A stretch of DNA of 63,520 nucleotides, filler included, from Octopus bimaculoides (Eukaryota): the NCBI RefSeq assembly GCF_001194135.2. It is 6 parts of 6 records of this genome, joined end to end, with 100 filler letters (N's around TTAATTAATTAA, not from the genome) between each part and the next. Parts side by side here need not be neighbours in the genome. Positions count along the whole stretch, not along the records: positions 12,220 to 27,350 come from NC_068986.1; positions 27,451 to 37,903 come from NC_068988.1; positions 38,004 to 57,832 come from NC_069007.1; 3 more parts are not named here. The stretch is one strand, 5' to 3'. Shown here in pieces: positions 26,785 through 39,235 of this stretch. Under the pieces are notes generated by a model. It was not told the DNA's origin. It saw only the letters and a list, made by a program, of their open reading frames with translations, and ran no database searches. Made by a program: the position numbers and the translations under genes. Every line of letters begins with the position of its first letter. Position 1 is the stretch's first letter.

Positions 26785-27157
26785 GCGCAATGGTCCAGTG
26801 GTTAGGGCAGCGGACTCGTGGTCATAGGATCGCGGTTTCGATTCCCAGTCCGGCCGTTGTGAGTGTTTATTGAGTATAAACACCTAAAGCTCCATGCGGC
26901 TCCGGCAGGGTATGGTGGCGAACACTGCTGTTCTCTTTCACCACAACCTTCTCTCACTCTTACTTCCTGTTTCTGTTGTGCCTGTAATTCAAAGGGTCAG
27001 CCGTGTCACGATGAATATCCCCGAGAACTACGTTAAGGGTACACGTGTCTGTGGAGTGCTCACCCACTTGCACGTTAATTTCACGAGCTGGCTGTTCCGT
27101 TGATCGGATCAACTGGAACCCTCGACGTCGTAAGCGACGGAGTGCCAACAACAACAA
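26785..27157 (+). mobile_element. tRNA-derived SINE family C, full length with (AAC)n tail
   Basis: ggcgcaatggtccagtggttag (A box), gtttcgattccc (B box), body ending gacggagtgccaacaacaac. Confidence 0.82.
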
Positions 27158-27231
27158 TTTCATTTATTTATTTATTGTTATATTCGCCTTGTTAAGTATT
27201 AATTTTTGAATTTTTTCAGAGCTTAAATGTT

Positions 27232-27263
<32 letters not shown>

Positions 27264-27350
27264 AGTGTATGTATGTATGTATATTAACCGCCATGATTGA
27301 CCGCTAGCTCCAAAGGTTTTTTTTTTTACTCTCTCTCTCTCTCTCTCTCT

Positions 27351-27450
27351 NNNNNNNNNNNNNNNNNNNNNNNNNNNNNNNNNNNNNNNNNNNNTTAATT
27401 AATTAANNNNNNNNNNNNNNNNNNNNNNNNNNNNNNNNNNNNNNNNNNNN
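27351..27450. other. Assembly spacer N44-TTAATTAATTAA-N44
   Basis: Identical structure. Confidence 0.95.
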
Positions 27451-27479
27451 TGTGTGTGTGTGTGTGTGTGTGTGTGTCT

Positions 27480-27670
27480 GTGTTAATCCCCCAACATCCA
27501 TTGACAACCGATGCTGGTGTGTTTATGTCCCCGTAACTTAGCGGTTCGGCAAAACAGAACAATAGAATAAGTACTAGGCTTACAAAGAATAAGTCCCGGA
27601 GTCGATTTCTTTGACTAAAGGCGGTGCTCCAGCATGGTCACTGTCTAATAACTGAAGAGTAAAAGAGTAT
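27480..27670 (+). mobile_element. SINE family A tail
   Basis: ttgacaaccgatgctggtgtg...gcggtgctccagcatgg. Confidence 0.8.
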
Positions 27671-27859
27671 ATATTCAGATGCACACACGCATACATATAC
27701 TCACCTACATATCAATAAACACATTCACATCTATACATAGACGTTTATACATTTATCTACTCATTTCCATGTACATAGTTATATCGTTGAATGCTCCATT
27801 CTAAATACACTCCTATACATACATGAAGGCGGTAAATAATAGGTTTAGCGAGATAGAAT

Positions 27860-28516
27860 CATCATCATCATCGTCGTCGTTTAACGTCCGCTTTCCATGC
27901 AAGTATGGGTTGGACGATTTGACTGAGGACTGGTGAAACCAGATGGCTACACCAGGCTCCAATCTGATTTGGCAGAGTTTCTACAGCTGGATGCCCTTCC
28001 TAATGCCAACCACTCAGAGAGTGTAGAGGGTGCTTTTACGTGCCACCGGCACGAAGGCCAGTCAGGCGGTACTGGCAACGGCCACGTTCAAAATAGTGTA
28101 TTTTATGTGCCACGATCTCGCTCGAAAGTCCTTACACATACCATGGGCACAAGTGCCAGAAAGACGATGCTGGGCACAGGTGCCATCACAATTTCACTTT
28201 CACTTGCCCCAATAAGTCTTCGCAAGCTGAGTTTCGTGTCCAATGAAGGAGACGATGTTGGCATGGGTGCCAGTCGTTGAATTTAACTCAATTTTGATTT
28301 CACTTGCCTCAACAGGTCTTCGCAAGTGGAGTTTAGTGTCCAATGAAGGAAGGTATGCCTAAGTCGACTGGCTGAGGCCTTAGATTTAGGTCTCACTTGG
28401 TTTGCTGGGTCTTCTCACGCACAGCATTTGGCAGAGTTTCTACAGCTGGATGCCCTTCCTAAATGCCAACCACTCAGAGAGTGTAGTGGGTGCTTTTACG
28501 TGCCATCGGCACGAAG
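27860..28516 (-). mobile_element. RTE-clade LINE 3' UTR with (GAT)n tail and an internal duplication
   Basis: catcatcatcgtttaacgtccgctttccatgc...ggcagagtttctacagctggatgcccttcc; the latter block recurs at about 28428. Confidence 0.8.
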
Positions 28517-29809
28517 NNNNNNNNNNNNNNNNNNNNNNNNNNNNNNNNNNNNNNNNNNNNNNNNNNNNNNNNNNNNNNNNNNNNNNNNNNNNNNNNNNNN
28601 NNNNNNNNNNNNNNNNNNNNNNNNNNNNNNNNNNNNNNNNNNNNNNNNNNNNNNNNNNNNNNNNNNNNNNNNNNNNNNNNNNNNNNNNNNNNNNNNNNNN
28701 NNNNNNNNNNNNNNNNNNNNNNNNNNNNNNNNNNNNNNNNNNNNNNNNNNNNNNNNNNNNNNNNNNNNNNNNNNNNNNNNNNNNNNNNNNNNNNNNNNNN
28801 NNNNNNNNNNNNNNNNNNNNNNNNNNNNNNNNNNNNNNNNNNNNNNNNNNNNNNNNNNNNNNNNNNNNNNNNNNNNNNNNNNNNNNNNNNNNNNNNNNNN
28901 NNNNNNNNNNNNNNNNNNNNNNNNNNNNNNNNNNNNNNNNNNNNNNNNNNNNNNNNNNNNNNNNNNNNNNNNNNNNNNNNNNNNNNNNNNNNNNNNNNNN
29001 NNNNNNNTCTCAATTATAATTTATACACTGTTCCATCTGGAAAATGCATATTTGGCACGGTGGTTACATCTTGGAATTTTCTCATGTTTATTCACTAGAT
29101 TTTCATTACTCAGTAGAATACTCAGTGCTTCCTCAAGGCAAAGGTCATATTTGCCGGATAGTGAAGTACATGGATGTGCGTTTTTTTTATTTTTCACCAT
29201 TCTCTTTGGTATGTATGGAAACTCTCAGTGATCTATGGTATATTGGTGTGTAAGTGATTGTATAAGTATGAGCTAATGGATGAATGTATTTTGCATAATG
29301 GTACAGTTTGGCATGTGCAGAATAACATGTTGAAACTGAATAAATAAACAGACAACGTGTACATTGCAGCTCATGTCGAACGTGATAACACACTCATACC
29401 AAGCAAATTGAAACCGTCAGCATTTGTAAGTTTCAAAGAAGAAGCCATGAATGTTGTAGCATGAAAATCTAAATTTACTTACGGAGACAGCAACTGAGTA
29501 TCGCTGAGGAGATACATATAGATCTTCTTATACAGGTAAATCGTTACATAATTTAATTTAAACTTAACTTTACATCCTGTATATACAAGGATCTCTATGT
29601 ATCGAAGCATTTGTAGCGATTAAAAAATTGCCTAACCATACTTACTCTTCCTTTTCACTCTTTTACTTTTTACTTTCACACACGAGGAACACCTAAGACT
29701 AGAATTGGTAGCATACCATAAGAAGACTACCGGGTATTTTGGAATTCTAAGGGTGAACGAGCTCTATTTGTACTTTTTTACGTTTTTAGCAGAATACACC
29801 TCAACTATA

Positions 29810-30210
29810 TACTCTTTTACTTGTTTCAGTCATTTGACTGCGGCCATGCTGGAGCACCACCTTTAGTCAAGCAAAACGACCCCAGGACTTATTCTTTGGA
29901 TGCCTAGTACTTATTCTATCGGTCTTTTGTGCCGAACCGCTAAGTTACGAGGACCTAAACACACCACCATCAGTTGTCAAGCGATGTTGGGGGGACACAG
30001 ACACACAAACATATACACACACATACATATATATGTACATATATACGACGGGCTTCTTTCAGTTTCCATCTACCAAATCCACTCACAAGGCTTTGGTCAG
30101 CCTGAAGCTATAGCAGAAGACACTTGCCCAAGGTGCCACGCAGTGGGAATGAACTCGGAACCATGTGGTTGGTTGGTAAGCAAGCTACTTACCACACAGC
30201 CACTCCTGCG
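29810..30210 (-). mobile_element. SINE family A, full length
   Basis: Same head, spacer and tail on -. Confidence 0.85.
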
Positions 30211-30245
<35 letters not shown>

Positions 30246-30327
30246 TTTGTATTTGGTTTGCAAGATTCTTTATGTGAATTCGTGTGTTGAAGCATATTTT
30301 AATGTCTGGGGAGAGTCATTGTTTTAA

Positions 30328-30538
30328 CCCTTTCGTTATTTTGAGATGCTCTGTGTTTCTTTCATTTAATTTTAAATATAACAAAGAATTTAGTAAAATA
30401 ACTTAGTTATCATTAAGCTAGTGCTAGTAACAAATTGTGACAAAGGTTTGGTGGAAGATTTTAATTCAAAACTTATAAAAACAAAACATTTGTACTACAG
30501 AGCCAGAGGTGGTTTCAGCCAGGTTGGTATCGAAAGGG
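30328..30538. mobile_element. piggyBac-type MITE
   Basis: TTAA|CCCTTTCG ... CGAAAGGG|TTAA. Confidence 0.8.
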
Positions 30539-30751
30539 TTAACACCTTATTAAACAAACTCACTTCTTATTTATTCTAAAATTTTCGTTGCTTCTTGCAA
30601 CCTCTTCAATAGTCATTGATTCTGTTTGTTATTGGAGTTGCATCCTTTTTGTTTGTTTGTGTATATATGTGTGCATCAGTTTATACATACACTGGTAGAT
30701 TTGTTAGTAGGCTGTTATGCAGACATGCACACACACAAATATATATATATA

Positions 30752-30954
30752 AATTAAAAACGTTAAAATAAAAATAGAACCCAAAGGATTCCGCGGTACA
30801 CGTGCTTCAAGCTTTATAGTCGTTGCATCATTATATTGGTATATAATTGATGCAACGATTATATACCAATATAATGATGCAACGACTATAAAGCTTGAAA
30901 CACGTGTACCGCAGAATCCTTTGTGTTCTGCTTTTTATTTTTACGTTTGTAATT
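30752..30954. repeat. Long near-perfect inverted repeat (foldback)
   Basis: 30776-30847 pairs with 30858-30929 at 69/72 positions; 10-nt loop. Confidence 0.95.
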
Positions 30955-31439
30955 TATTCTTTCACCCCAGCCACGATCTGGCATATGCAGGTGCTTACAA
31001 TTATCAAGTATTACCTCTAACTTTTACTTTACCTACGTGATTCACCTTGTCCTTCTGATTGGTTTATATATATATGTATATATATATATACTTATATATA
31101 TATATATAGGTATATAGATATGTAAGTAAACAGATAGATATGTAGATAGATAGATACATAGGTAAAAGACAGACAAGCACACACTAGATAAAATGTGGAC
31201 ATCAAGTCGACCCGGTGTGCCTCCATGTTGGTCTTTGTCATGCTGGTAAAGTATGGAGGACAGTTTTTTTTGTCGTCATATTGTCTCAAATGTTCATTTA
31301 GTCTCCCCAATGTATATCATGTTCTTGTCTTTACAAGCACCGTCTATGCACCTTCATACATAATATCCCTACATAACAGATGCATGTTTATAGTCACGCA
31401 AACCCATACATATAGACACACTCAAAAATGCACATACAT

Positions 31440-31610
31440 CATCATTATCATCACTTAACATCCGCTTCCCATGCTGTCATGGATTGGCCTGGTACAGCCT
31501 CCTGGCTTGCCAGTCCTCAGTCAAACCGTCTGAGGACTGGCAAGCCAGGAGGTTGTACCAGGCCACAATCTGATCTGGCAAGTTTTCTACAGCTGGATGC
31601 CCTTCCAAAC
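31440..31610 (-). mobile_element. RTE LINE 3' end fragment
   Basis: catcatcattatcatcacttaacatccgcttcccatgc...tctacagctggatgcccttcc. Confidence 0.75.
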
Positions 31611-32014
31611 ATGAACACACAAACACATGAATATGCAGAATACATACATACAAAGGTACACACATGTATACATATATACATACATACATATGTATATACA
31701 CATGCACACACATGCGCACAAACAAAAAGAACACAGCTCCAATAATGGACAGAGTCAACGACTATTGAAGAAGATGCAAGAAGCAACAGAAATTTTAGAA
31801 AAAATAAATATGTAAATGAGTGGAAATCGAACTGGTGTGTGTGTTAATTAGTAAGGTATTAAAACAGAATGACTTCCCAAACACAATAAAATATATATAT
31901 ATATATAATTTACAGTTCCGTGATGGTAACATTGACAAAAAAGTACTCCATCTGGTGAAAGATAAATATCATTTAACACGTCTGGTGTCCTAGCACAATC
32001 TTCAGACATTACCT

Positions 32015-32056
<42 letters not shown>

Positions 32057-32181
32057 NNNNNNNNNNNNNNNNNNNTTAGTAATAAAATTAATAATTAACA
32101 ATTTTGCAGTTCTTTGGCTGCTATTTCTGAATTCTCAGTATGTTGGAGAAGCAGGTTACTGTCAATCCCTATATATTTATG

Positions 32182-32214
<33 letters not shown>

Positions 32215-32218
<4 letters not shown>

Positions 32219-33180
32219 TCAACTTCATGATCATCATCATTTAATGTCTGCTTTGACTGAGAACTGGCAAGCTGGGAGGCTGCACTAGGCTCCACTCTGG
32301 TTTCTACAGTTGGATGCCATTCCTAACACCAACCACTCCTAGAGTAGCGGGTGCTTTTTACATGCCACCAGAATGGGAGCCAGTCAGGCGACACTGTATT
32401 GGCCATGCTCAAATGGTGCTTTTTACATACCACCAGCACGGGTGCCAGTCAGGTGACACTGGCAACAGCCACACTCAAATGGTGCTTTTCACATGCCACC
32501 AGCATCGCCCACACTAAAATGGTGTTTTTCACATGCCACCAGCATTTAAACAGGCTAGTTATGTGAGACTAGCATTGGCTACAAATACAATCTCACATGG
32601 CTTGCTGGGTCTTCTCTAGCATGGCATGTCTCCAAAGGTCTCAATCGCTTGTCATTGCGTCTGTGAGGCCTAACATTCGAAGATCATGCTTCACCACTTC
32701 ATCCCATGTCTTTCTGGTTCAACCTTTTCCACAGGTTCCCTCCACTGTTAGAATGTGACACTTCTTCACACAACTGTTCTCAACCATACACATCACATGA
32801 CCATACCAGCACAGTCGTCTCTCTTGCACACCACATCTGATGCTTCTTATGTCCAACCTTTCTCTCAGGGAATTTACACTGTCATGTATGCACACTGACA
32901 TTATACATCCAGCAAACTATACTTGTTTCATTTCTTGCAAGCCTACATATGTCCTCAGCAGTCACAGCCCATGTTTTACTGCCATCTAGCATGGCTGTTT
33001 GCACACAGGCATCATACAGTCTACCTTTCACTCTGAGCGAGAGGCCCTTTGTTACCAGCAGAGGTACGCGGTCTCTGAACTTTGCCCAGCCTATTCTTAT
33101 TCTAGCAGCTATGCTCCCAGAACATCCACCTTCACTACTGACTTGATCATCTAGGTAACGGAAGCTATCAACTACTTCTA
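32215..33180 (-). mobile_element. RTE LINE 3' fragment (RT C-terminus and UTR with tandem 45-65 bp repeats)
   Basis: LRERLDIRSIRCGVQERRLCWYGHVM...VEGTCGKG; repeated ggtgcttttacatgccaccagc at 32350-32545. Confidence 0.85.
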
Positions 33181-34184
33181 GTTTTAAATAATTATATTAT
33201 TCAAAACAGTTTGATTCAGATTCCATGCTACTTCAAGTTTTGCTGTATCCTCAAGCTTGTGGAATATCCAAGTGAATGTAGAGGTAAAGGAAGTTCAAAA
33301 TGACTACCAGGAGATGGCTTGCAATTGGTAAAGGAAGGTCATGTGATGCCACAGTGGATGGTATTGCTTGATAAACGATAACAGTTACATGAGAAAAAAG
33401 AGTTTCTTTGACCGCATGGTTGGACAGGAAATTAGTGGTCACAGTGCGTCTGGGTATGGGATCAGTGGGGATGAACTTGTGTGCGTGCATGCATGTACAT
33501 GTGTGTGTGTATAAGTTTGTGTGTACGTGTATGTATGCATGTGTATATATATATGTACATGTGCACGTATGTGTGTGTAAATTTGTGTGGATGTGCATAT
33601 ACAAGTGGATTTGCATGTGAGCTGGCATGGCTAGTGTGGTGCTTATGTGTAGTGTGTGTGTGTGTGTGTGTGCATATATATATATGTATGTGCGTGTGTG
33701 CATATATATATGTGTGTGTGTATATATATAGTTACACACAGACACACATATACATGTATGTACACGATGATGATGTACAGATATGCATAAATGTATACGT
33801 GTGTGTGTATGCATGTATGAGTTTGTGTGTGTGAGTATATATGTATACTCGAATACATATGCATATATAAGGGGCATAGATCTGCAGCTGTACTGGCATG
33901 GGTGGTGTGGTGTTTATGTGTGCAGGCATTGCTTGGAGATGTATGGGTGTGTATGAGGGTGGACATGTAGGCAGATGTGCATGTGGATGCTTGTGTATTA
34001 GTTCATATGTGATTGCTTATGTATGAGCACTCCATATGTGAAGGCAGAATTAAGGGCTTGGTGGGTGTACAAGGCCATTGGGGTCAAACTACACAGACAC
34101 TGGGGGTTGGTGTTTGGCAACCTTGCTCCTGGAAGTTGGTGATGGTATCCTGATGCTAAGGTGGTATGTCTGGGTTGTCAGCAA

Positions 34185-34395
34185 CCAGTGGTTTGAAGTT
34201 CAACAGAAAGGCATACTTCTGGTGACAATAGAACAGTTTGTATTTCTTGTCAATGGATACTGCAGGTTATTAGATGTGTAGTCTTTCATCGAGGCAGAGT
34301 TGGCAATTACAGGCAGCTGGTGAATAAGGTGGCATTCTGTCAATGATGGCCCATTTGATGCTGGGCATTTTATTTTGGAGGTCATGGAGTCTCCA
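34185..34395 (-). mobile_element. Decayed Penelope-like GIY-YIG C-terminal fragment
   Basis: LHDLQNKMPSIKWAIIDRMPPYSPAACNCQLCLDERLHI**...YCHQ, same motif order as 58370-58590. Confidence 0.7.
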
Positions 34396-34589
34396 GAGGA
34401 AGCAGGACAGAAAAGTGGAATGCACACACACACACATCAGATATGTATCAACACTGAATGCTTAGAATCCGGGATATTATGGACTCTCAAGTTAAATGGT
34501 AGTCAATAAGTTTGGAAACACAGGAATTACAAACCCACTTCACCATGATACAGAATCATATTATACTTAATTGGAAGCCTCAGCTTGTT

Positions 34590-35020
34590 CAAGAGCTTCC
34601 TTGCTTTCATCAAGCAGTTCTCTTTGGACTTGGTTGTCAGAATTTGTCCCTTGTGCCTCTTGTATGAGTGATAGCAAAGGTCCTCATTCATGACCAGCTT
34701 CATGGTGGGGACTCCAACACTCATCTCTCACACCAAAATCTGGATTCCTTGCTTGAATCTTTCATCACTTTGTCCCAGAGTTGTTCGCTGAATTCCAGTG
34801 TGCAGATACAGTCCGAAAGCCTGCTGTCCTTTCTTGTTGACCACAGCTTTGTAGTCTGTTGTAACTGTCCATATCACATTTTACAGCCTTTACAGTAGTC
34901 ACAGAGCATTGAGCAGCAGTCATAATGTCAGCATTTTGATACTTGGCACAAATCATAATACAAGTAACTTGTAACTTTTTCTCAATTACAACTGTAATCT
35001 TTATGCTCTTCAATGCTGTT
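34590..35020 (-). mobile_element. Tc1/mariner-superfamily (maT/DD37D-like) transposase N-terminal fragment
   Basis: ADIMTAAQCSVTTVKAV and TMKLVMNEDLCYHSYKRHKGQILTTKSKENCLMKARKLLNKL; subfamily assignment is from motif recall only. Confidence 0.65.
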
Positions 35021-35099
35021 GACTGTTCAGCAACACATCAAGCTGTTCCTGGAAAAAAAGGAGACATAAAAAAAAATCGAATTTAGCCTGAACACCTTG

Positions 35100-35340
35100 T
35101 ATATCATTGGCATTTTACGCTTTTCTATGACTGCATGAGATGAACAATCCTTCTCCAGAGCAGAATCTTGCCACTCGTTGCAGTTTCCTGCCATTTTCTT
35201 TAGTGGGGCTAGCATCCTAAGATCAGCCTTCATTACTTCTTCCTCATCTACAGGCCCCTTCCACTTGGATTAACTGTCTTCATCTTCTATATACACCACA
35301 CATTTTCATCTTGCACCTTACACATTGTTTTCAACTCATC
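35100..35340 (-). mobile_element. Old RTE C-terminal fragment
   Basis: EEVMKADLRMLAPLKKMAGNCNEWQDSALEK parallels EVVKHDLRTL..MT.DRDLWR.AVLEK. Confidence 0.5.
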
Positions 35341-35374
35341 TGTATGCTATCATCGCACACATTAACATTTTCTA

Positions 35375-35550
35375 CTCCAGGCACAAAGCCTGAAATTTTG
35401 GGGGAGGAGCAGTTGATTAGATCAACCCCAGTATGCAACTGGTACTTTATTTATCGACCCCGAAAGGATGAAAGGCAAGGATGACCGTAGTAGAATTTAA
35501 ACTCAGAACGTTAAGACATGAAATACCACTAAGCATTTCTGCCAGCTCAC
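35375..35550 (-). mobile_element. SINE family B
   Basis: aggcacaaagcctgaaatttt...atcgaccccgaaaggatgaaaggc...ctaagcatttctgccagctc. Confidence 0.78.
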
Positions 35551-37903
35551 CACCTTGCACACTAATATTACATATCCAGCAGGGCATGCTTGCCTCATTT
35601 CTACCCAGCTTTTACCCATTCATTGCTACCCTGCAATATCACACATTATACAAAAGATCACACAAATTGCTTTGCCCTTGATGAAAGTATTTCTTGTGAA
35701 CAATGGTCACTACATGTATTCCACTAGTTTCAATTGATTTTATTATACCCACCTCCACCTAAGTGACAGAAGCTACCACTACTAGCAATTTATGTTAGCA
35801 TTTAATAGAATTAAAGTGTACTCTTACAGCTAACTACCTCTGTACATCTGTCTAAAGTATGTTTTCATTTGTAGTCTCTGTCAGCTCATTGCACTGGGTA
35901 TACCATGTACAATTCCTACCTAGTTTTTTTCTCCTTATGCATATATACATTTTACGATTTAAGCTCACATAATTATTCAGGTACTACAGTGTGGTGTTTA
36001 TCTAAACATACTTAGACACATACACACACTATATAAACGTGTGTGCATGTATGAAGAAAAGAGAACTCAATATACGTTGGCATGCTTATATGAAGGTTAA
36101 AACTTTGTTATATTGAATAAACGATATTGTAAATTTTATTTTTGTACTTAGAAATAAAATAAGGTATTGTATTTTCCTTCAGATTATAATGAACATTTAT
36201 GTAGCTTATTTACCTACACATACACACGCGCGCGCACACAATATCTGATGCAACAACACTGAACGACAGAAAACAAGTATTCGCGCTACCCGCTAGAAAC
36301 AGCAGCCAAATCCTTTCAACTCACTCACACTCAACTGTCTCAGAATCAAAAAGAACATTGAGATTCTTTCGATTCGCCAGAACATTTTTTTTAAATGATT
36401 TTATCGAGAGGAAGACTGCGTCTACGGCCTGCGCAGATACTCTATAAAATCGCGGAGAGTGATACGAGGGATATTTAGCCTGCTATGTGAGGCAGATGAA
36501 ATCAACGTCAAGTAGTTCGCGTTACCGGCATCAGTTTAAAATGTCTATTATATGCTCTGATAGTGGGAGTGACTTTAATTTCTGCACAAATACTCTAAGG
36601 TATAAAAAAAATTAATACCGTTAAAAGATAACGATCATTACTGAAGTAATCGATGATGCCGGTTGAGCAGATTGTTTAGTCAAATGACAGAAATACTGAA
36701 AAGATGTAAGCATAAAAGAGGAGGAATAAAGGAATGTTTGTCGGGTAGGAAACAGCTTTTTTTAAAGGGTGTGAATATTAACAGACACAAACATTTTATA
36801 GAGGTGTGCGTGAGTATTACGATATATACCCATGAGATAATATATTTAAACATAAAGGAAGCCTTAGAAATAGAGGTAAAACCCTAGTTTTTGATAAAAA
36901 AGATATATCCCATGTAAACACGAAATGAATTAATATTTACCACAATATATAGAAAAAATGCATTTAAGTGTCAATGATATTTTATCATTATTTTTTTCCT
37001 TTTTCTTGGTATTTGTGTATTTTAATCTGAGAAACTTCTGAAAAACCAACGAACTTGTTAGATATTAGCATAATGTTTTTTTATGGTAAAAATGAGTAAT
37101 TTCTCAACTGCATAGTGAGTAAAGAGATCACGAAGAGGACAATCCAGCAGATCGTGAAGAAGCTATAGGTAATATCTTATGATCAGTTTTTTTTTTGTTT
37201 TTTCTTTTAGTCGAGTTTCATTAATTTCAAATCATGTGCCATTTTCCCCTGAGCCTCTTTCAGTTGACCTAGATATCTTCTCCCACACCCCACCCGAATT
37301 TCTGATCTTTCTGATGTCTAAGGATGGATATCGACGTGTATGAGTCTGTTTTCTGGAGAACTGAAACGGCAAATTTACATTATCTTGTCTTACTCATTTT
37401 CCCTCATGCTCAAAGAGAAAGGGCGATTATTTTCTAAAATAGTGATCAGATTAAGTTATAATGCTTTTAATGCATTGAGGGAAGGCCTTTTGCTTGGCTG
37501 ATATAGTTTTCATAAAGTAGTGAACATCTCTAAAAAATATATATTTTGTCCCAAAGTCAAAAACATCTCATTTTGCTGCATACAGACCTTTTTTTTTTTT
37601 TTTTTTTTTTAAGTTCTCTAGAAATACCTTTCAGAGTGAGTAGATTACAATTTTATCAGAATTTAATATGGGGAAAAAAAAAAAAAAAAAATTTGGTGGA
37701 CTTGTACACATACTTATCACAATTTTTTTCTAAATTTCAAGTTGTATTTTGTAGATATGTGATGTGTCAGAATGCATGTGTACGAGACAACCATTTTTCT
37801 TTTTTCGTAATTAATTCCGATAAAATCGTAATTTACACACTCTAAAAGGTATTTGTAGAAAACTTCATTAAAATATGAGCCGTCTTTCTGAAAGTTATGA
37901 GGA

Positions 37904-38003
37904 NNNNNNNNNNNNNNNNNNNNNNNNNNNNNNNNNNNNNNNNNNNNTTAATTAATTAANNNNNNNNNNNNNNNNNNNNNNNNNNNNNNNNNNNNNNNNN
38001 NNN
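37904..38003. other. Assembly spacer N44-TTAATTAATTAA-N44
   Basis: Identical structure. Confidence 0.95.
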
Positions 38004-38778
38004 GAGAGAGAGGGAAGAGGGGTATGGGGGGAGAAAGGGAGGAAGAGAAAGAGAGTGAGAGAGAGGGGAAGAGAGTGAGAGAGTAAGGGTGAGAGAGTAA
38101 GAGAGTAAGAGAGTAAGGGTGAGAGAGTATGAGAGAGTAAGAGTGTAGATAGTAGGAGAGTAAGAGTGTAGAGAGTAAGAGTTAGAGAGGGGGGAGTATG
38201 AGAGAAGAGAGTGAGAGAGAGTAAGAGAGAGGAGAGAAAGAGTAGGGGTGAAGAGAAGTATGTAAAAGTAATTACGATTTAGTTAGTCCAGTATTATCCG
38301 CACGGCTCGAAGTAAGGCGAATATAATCAAAATTAATAACAGGATATCAAGTAGTAGTGCAGTACAACCATTTCAAGCGGCTCCATTTAATTGAATAATC
38401 CAATCATTACATCAATTTAAATACACTGCTATAATCAGCTGCAAAGCAATTATGGAATTTCAACAGACAAGTTATATTAATATAATTTTTTTAAATGTAC
38501 TGTCAGAGCTAGAGGTTGAAAAATTTCATGTTAGCACTATTGCAGCAAAAACCAATTACAATTTAATACTGGCAAGGGACTAACACTCTAAAATTGTGGT
38601 TAGAGTACTTGGCATATTTTCCTCCATAACTGTCAACTCTGAAGAGCACAGTGTTACATAATCGGGCTCTTATCTATCATCCTATTGAGTCCCTGGTGTG
38701 AAACTAGTTGATAAGATCAACTGCAATGGATATATAATACTATACGATTTGATTAATCCACACACAGAGTAGGGGTTT

Positions 38779-38815
<37 letters not shown>

Positions 38816-38887
38816 TATATTCATTAAAAGAAGAAATCAAAATTGACATTAGGAAGTTAATAATTGTTTATTATTAACAATAAGTGC

Positions 38888-39235
38888 AGGAGTGACTGTG
38901 TAGTAAGTAGCTTGCTTACCAACCACATATTCCTGGGTTCAGTCCCACTGCGTGGCACCTTGGTCAAGTTTCTTCTACTATACCCTTGGACCAACCAAAG
39001 CCTTGTGAGTGGATTTGGTAGACAGAAACTGAAAGAAGCCTGCTGTATATATATATATGTGTGTGTTTGTGTGTCTGTTTTTGTCCCACCACCATCGCTT
39101 GACAACCGATGCTGGTGTGATTACGTTCCCATAACTTAGCGGTTCGGCAAAAGAAACCGATAGAATGAGCTCGACTGAAGGCGGTGCTCCAGCATGGCCA
39201 CAGTCAAATGATTGAAGCAAATAAAAGTCAAAGAA
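38888..39235 (+). mobile_element. SINE family A, full length
   Basis: Same head, spacer and tail. Confidence 0.85.

Noticed and set aside
26785-26860. tRNA-like sequence; similar heads at 23645 and in family A
   Set aside because: Continues directly into a SINE body and tail and lacks a proper cloverleaf, so called a SINE head, not a tRNA gene.
74-33966. Many long ORFs of YI/HT/CV/MYVC/poly-N/poly-L type and X-filled ORFs throughout the window
   Set aside because: They are translations of microsatellites or N gaps, with no protein signal.
37116-37168. 53-nt purine-rich AG...GT block that could be a 5' UTR exon of the actin-like gene, with CpG-rich DNA at 36220-36540
   Set aside because: Only generic splice dinucleotides support it, and a synthetic spacer separates it from the gene.
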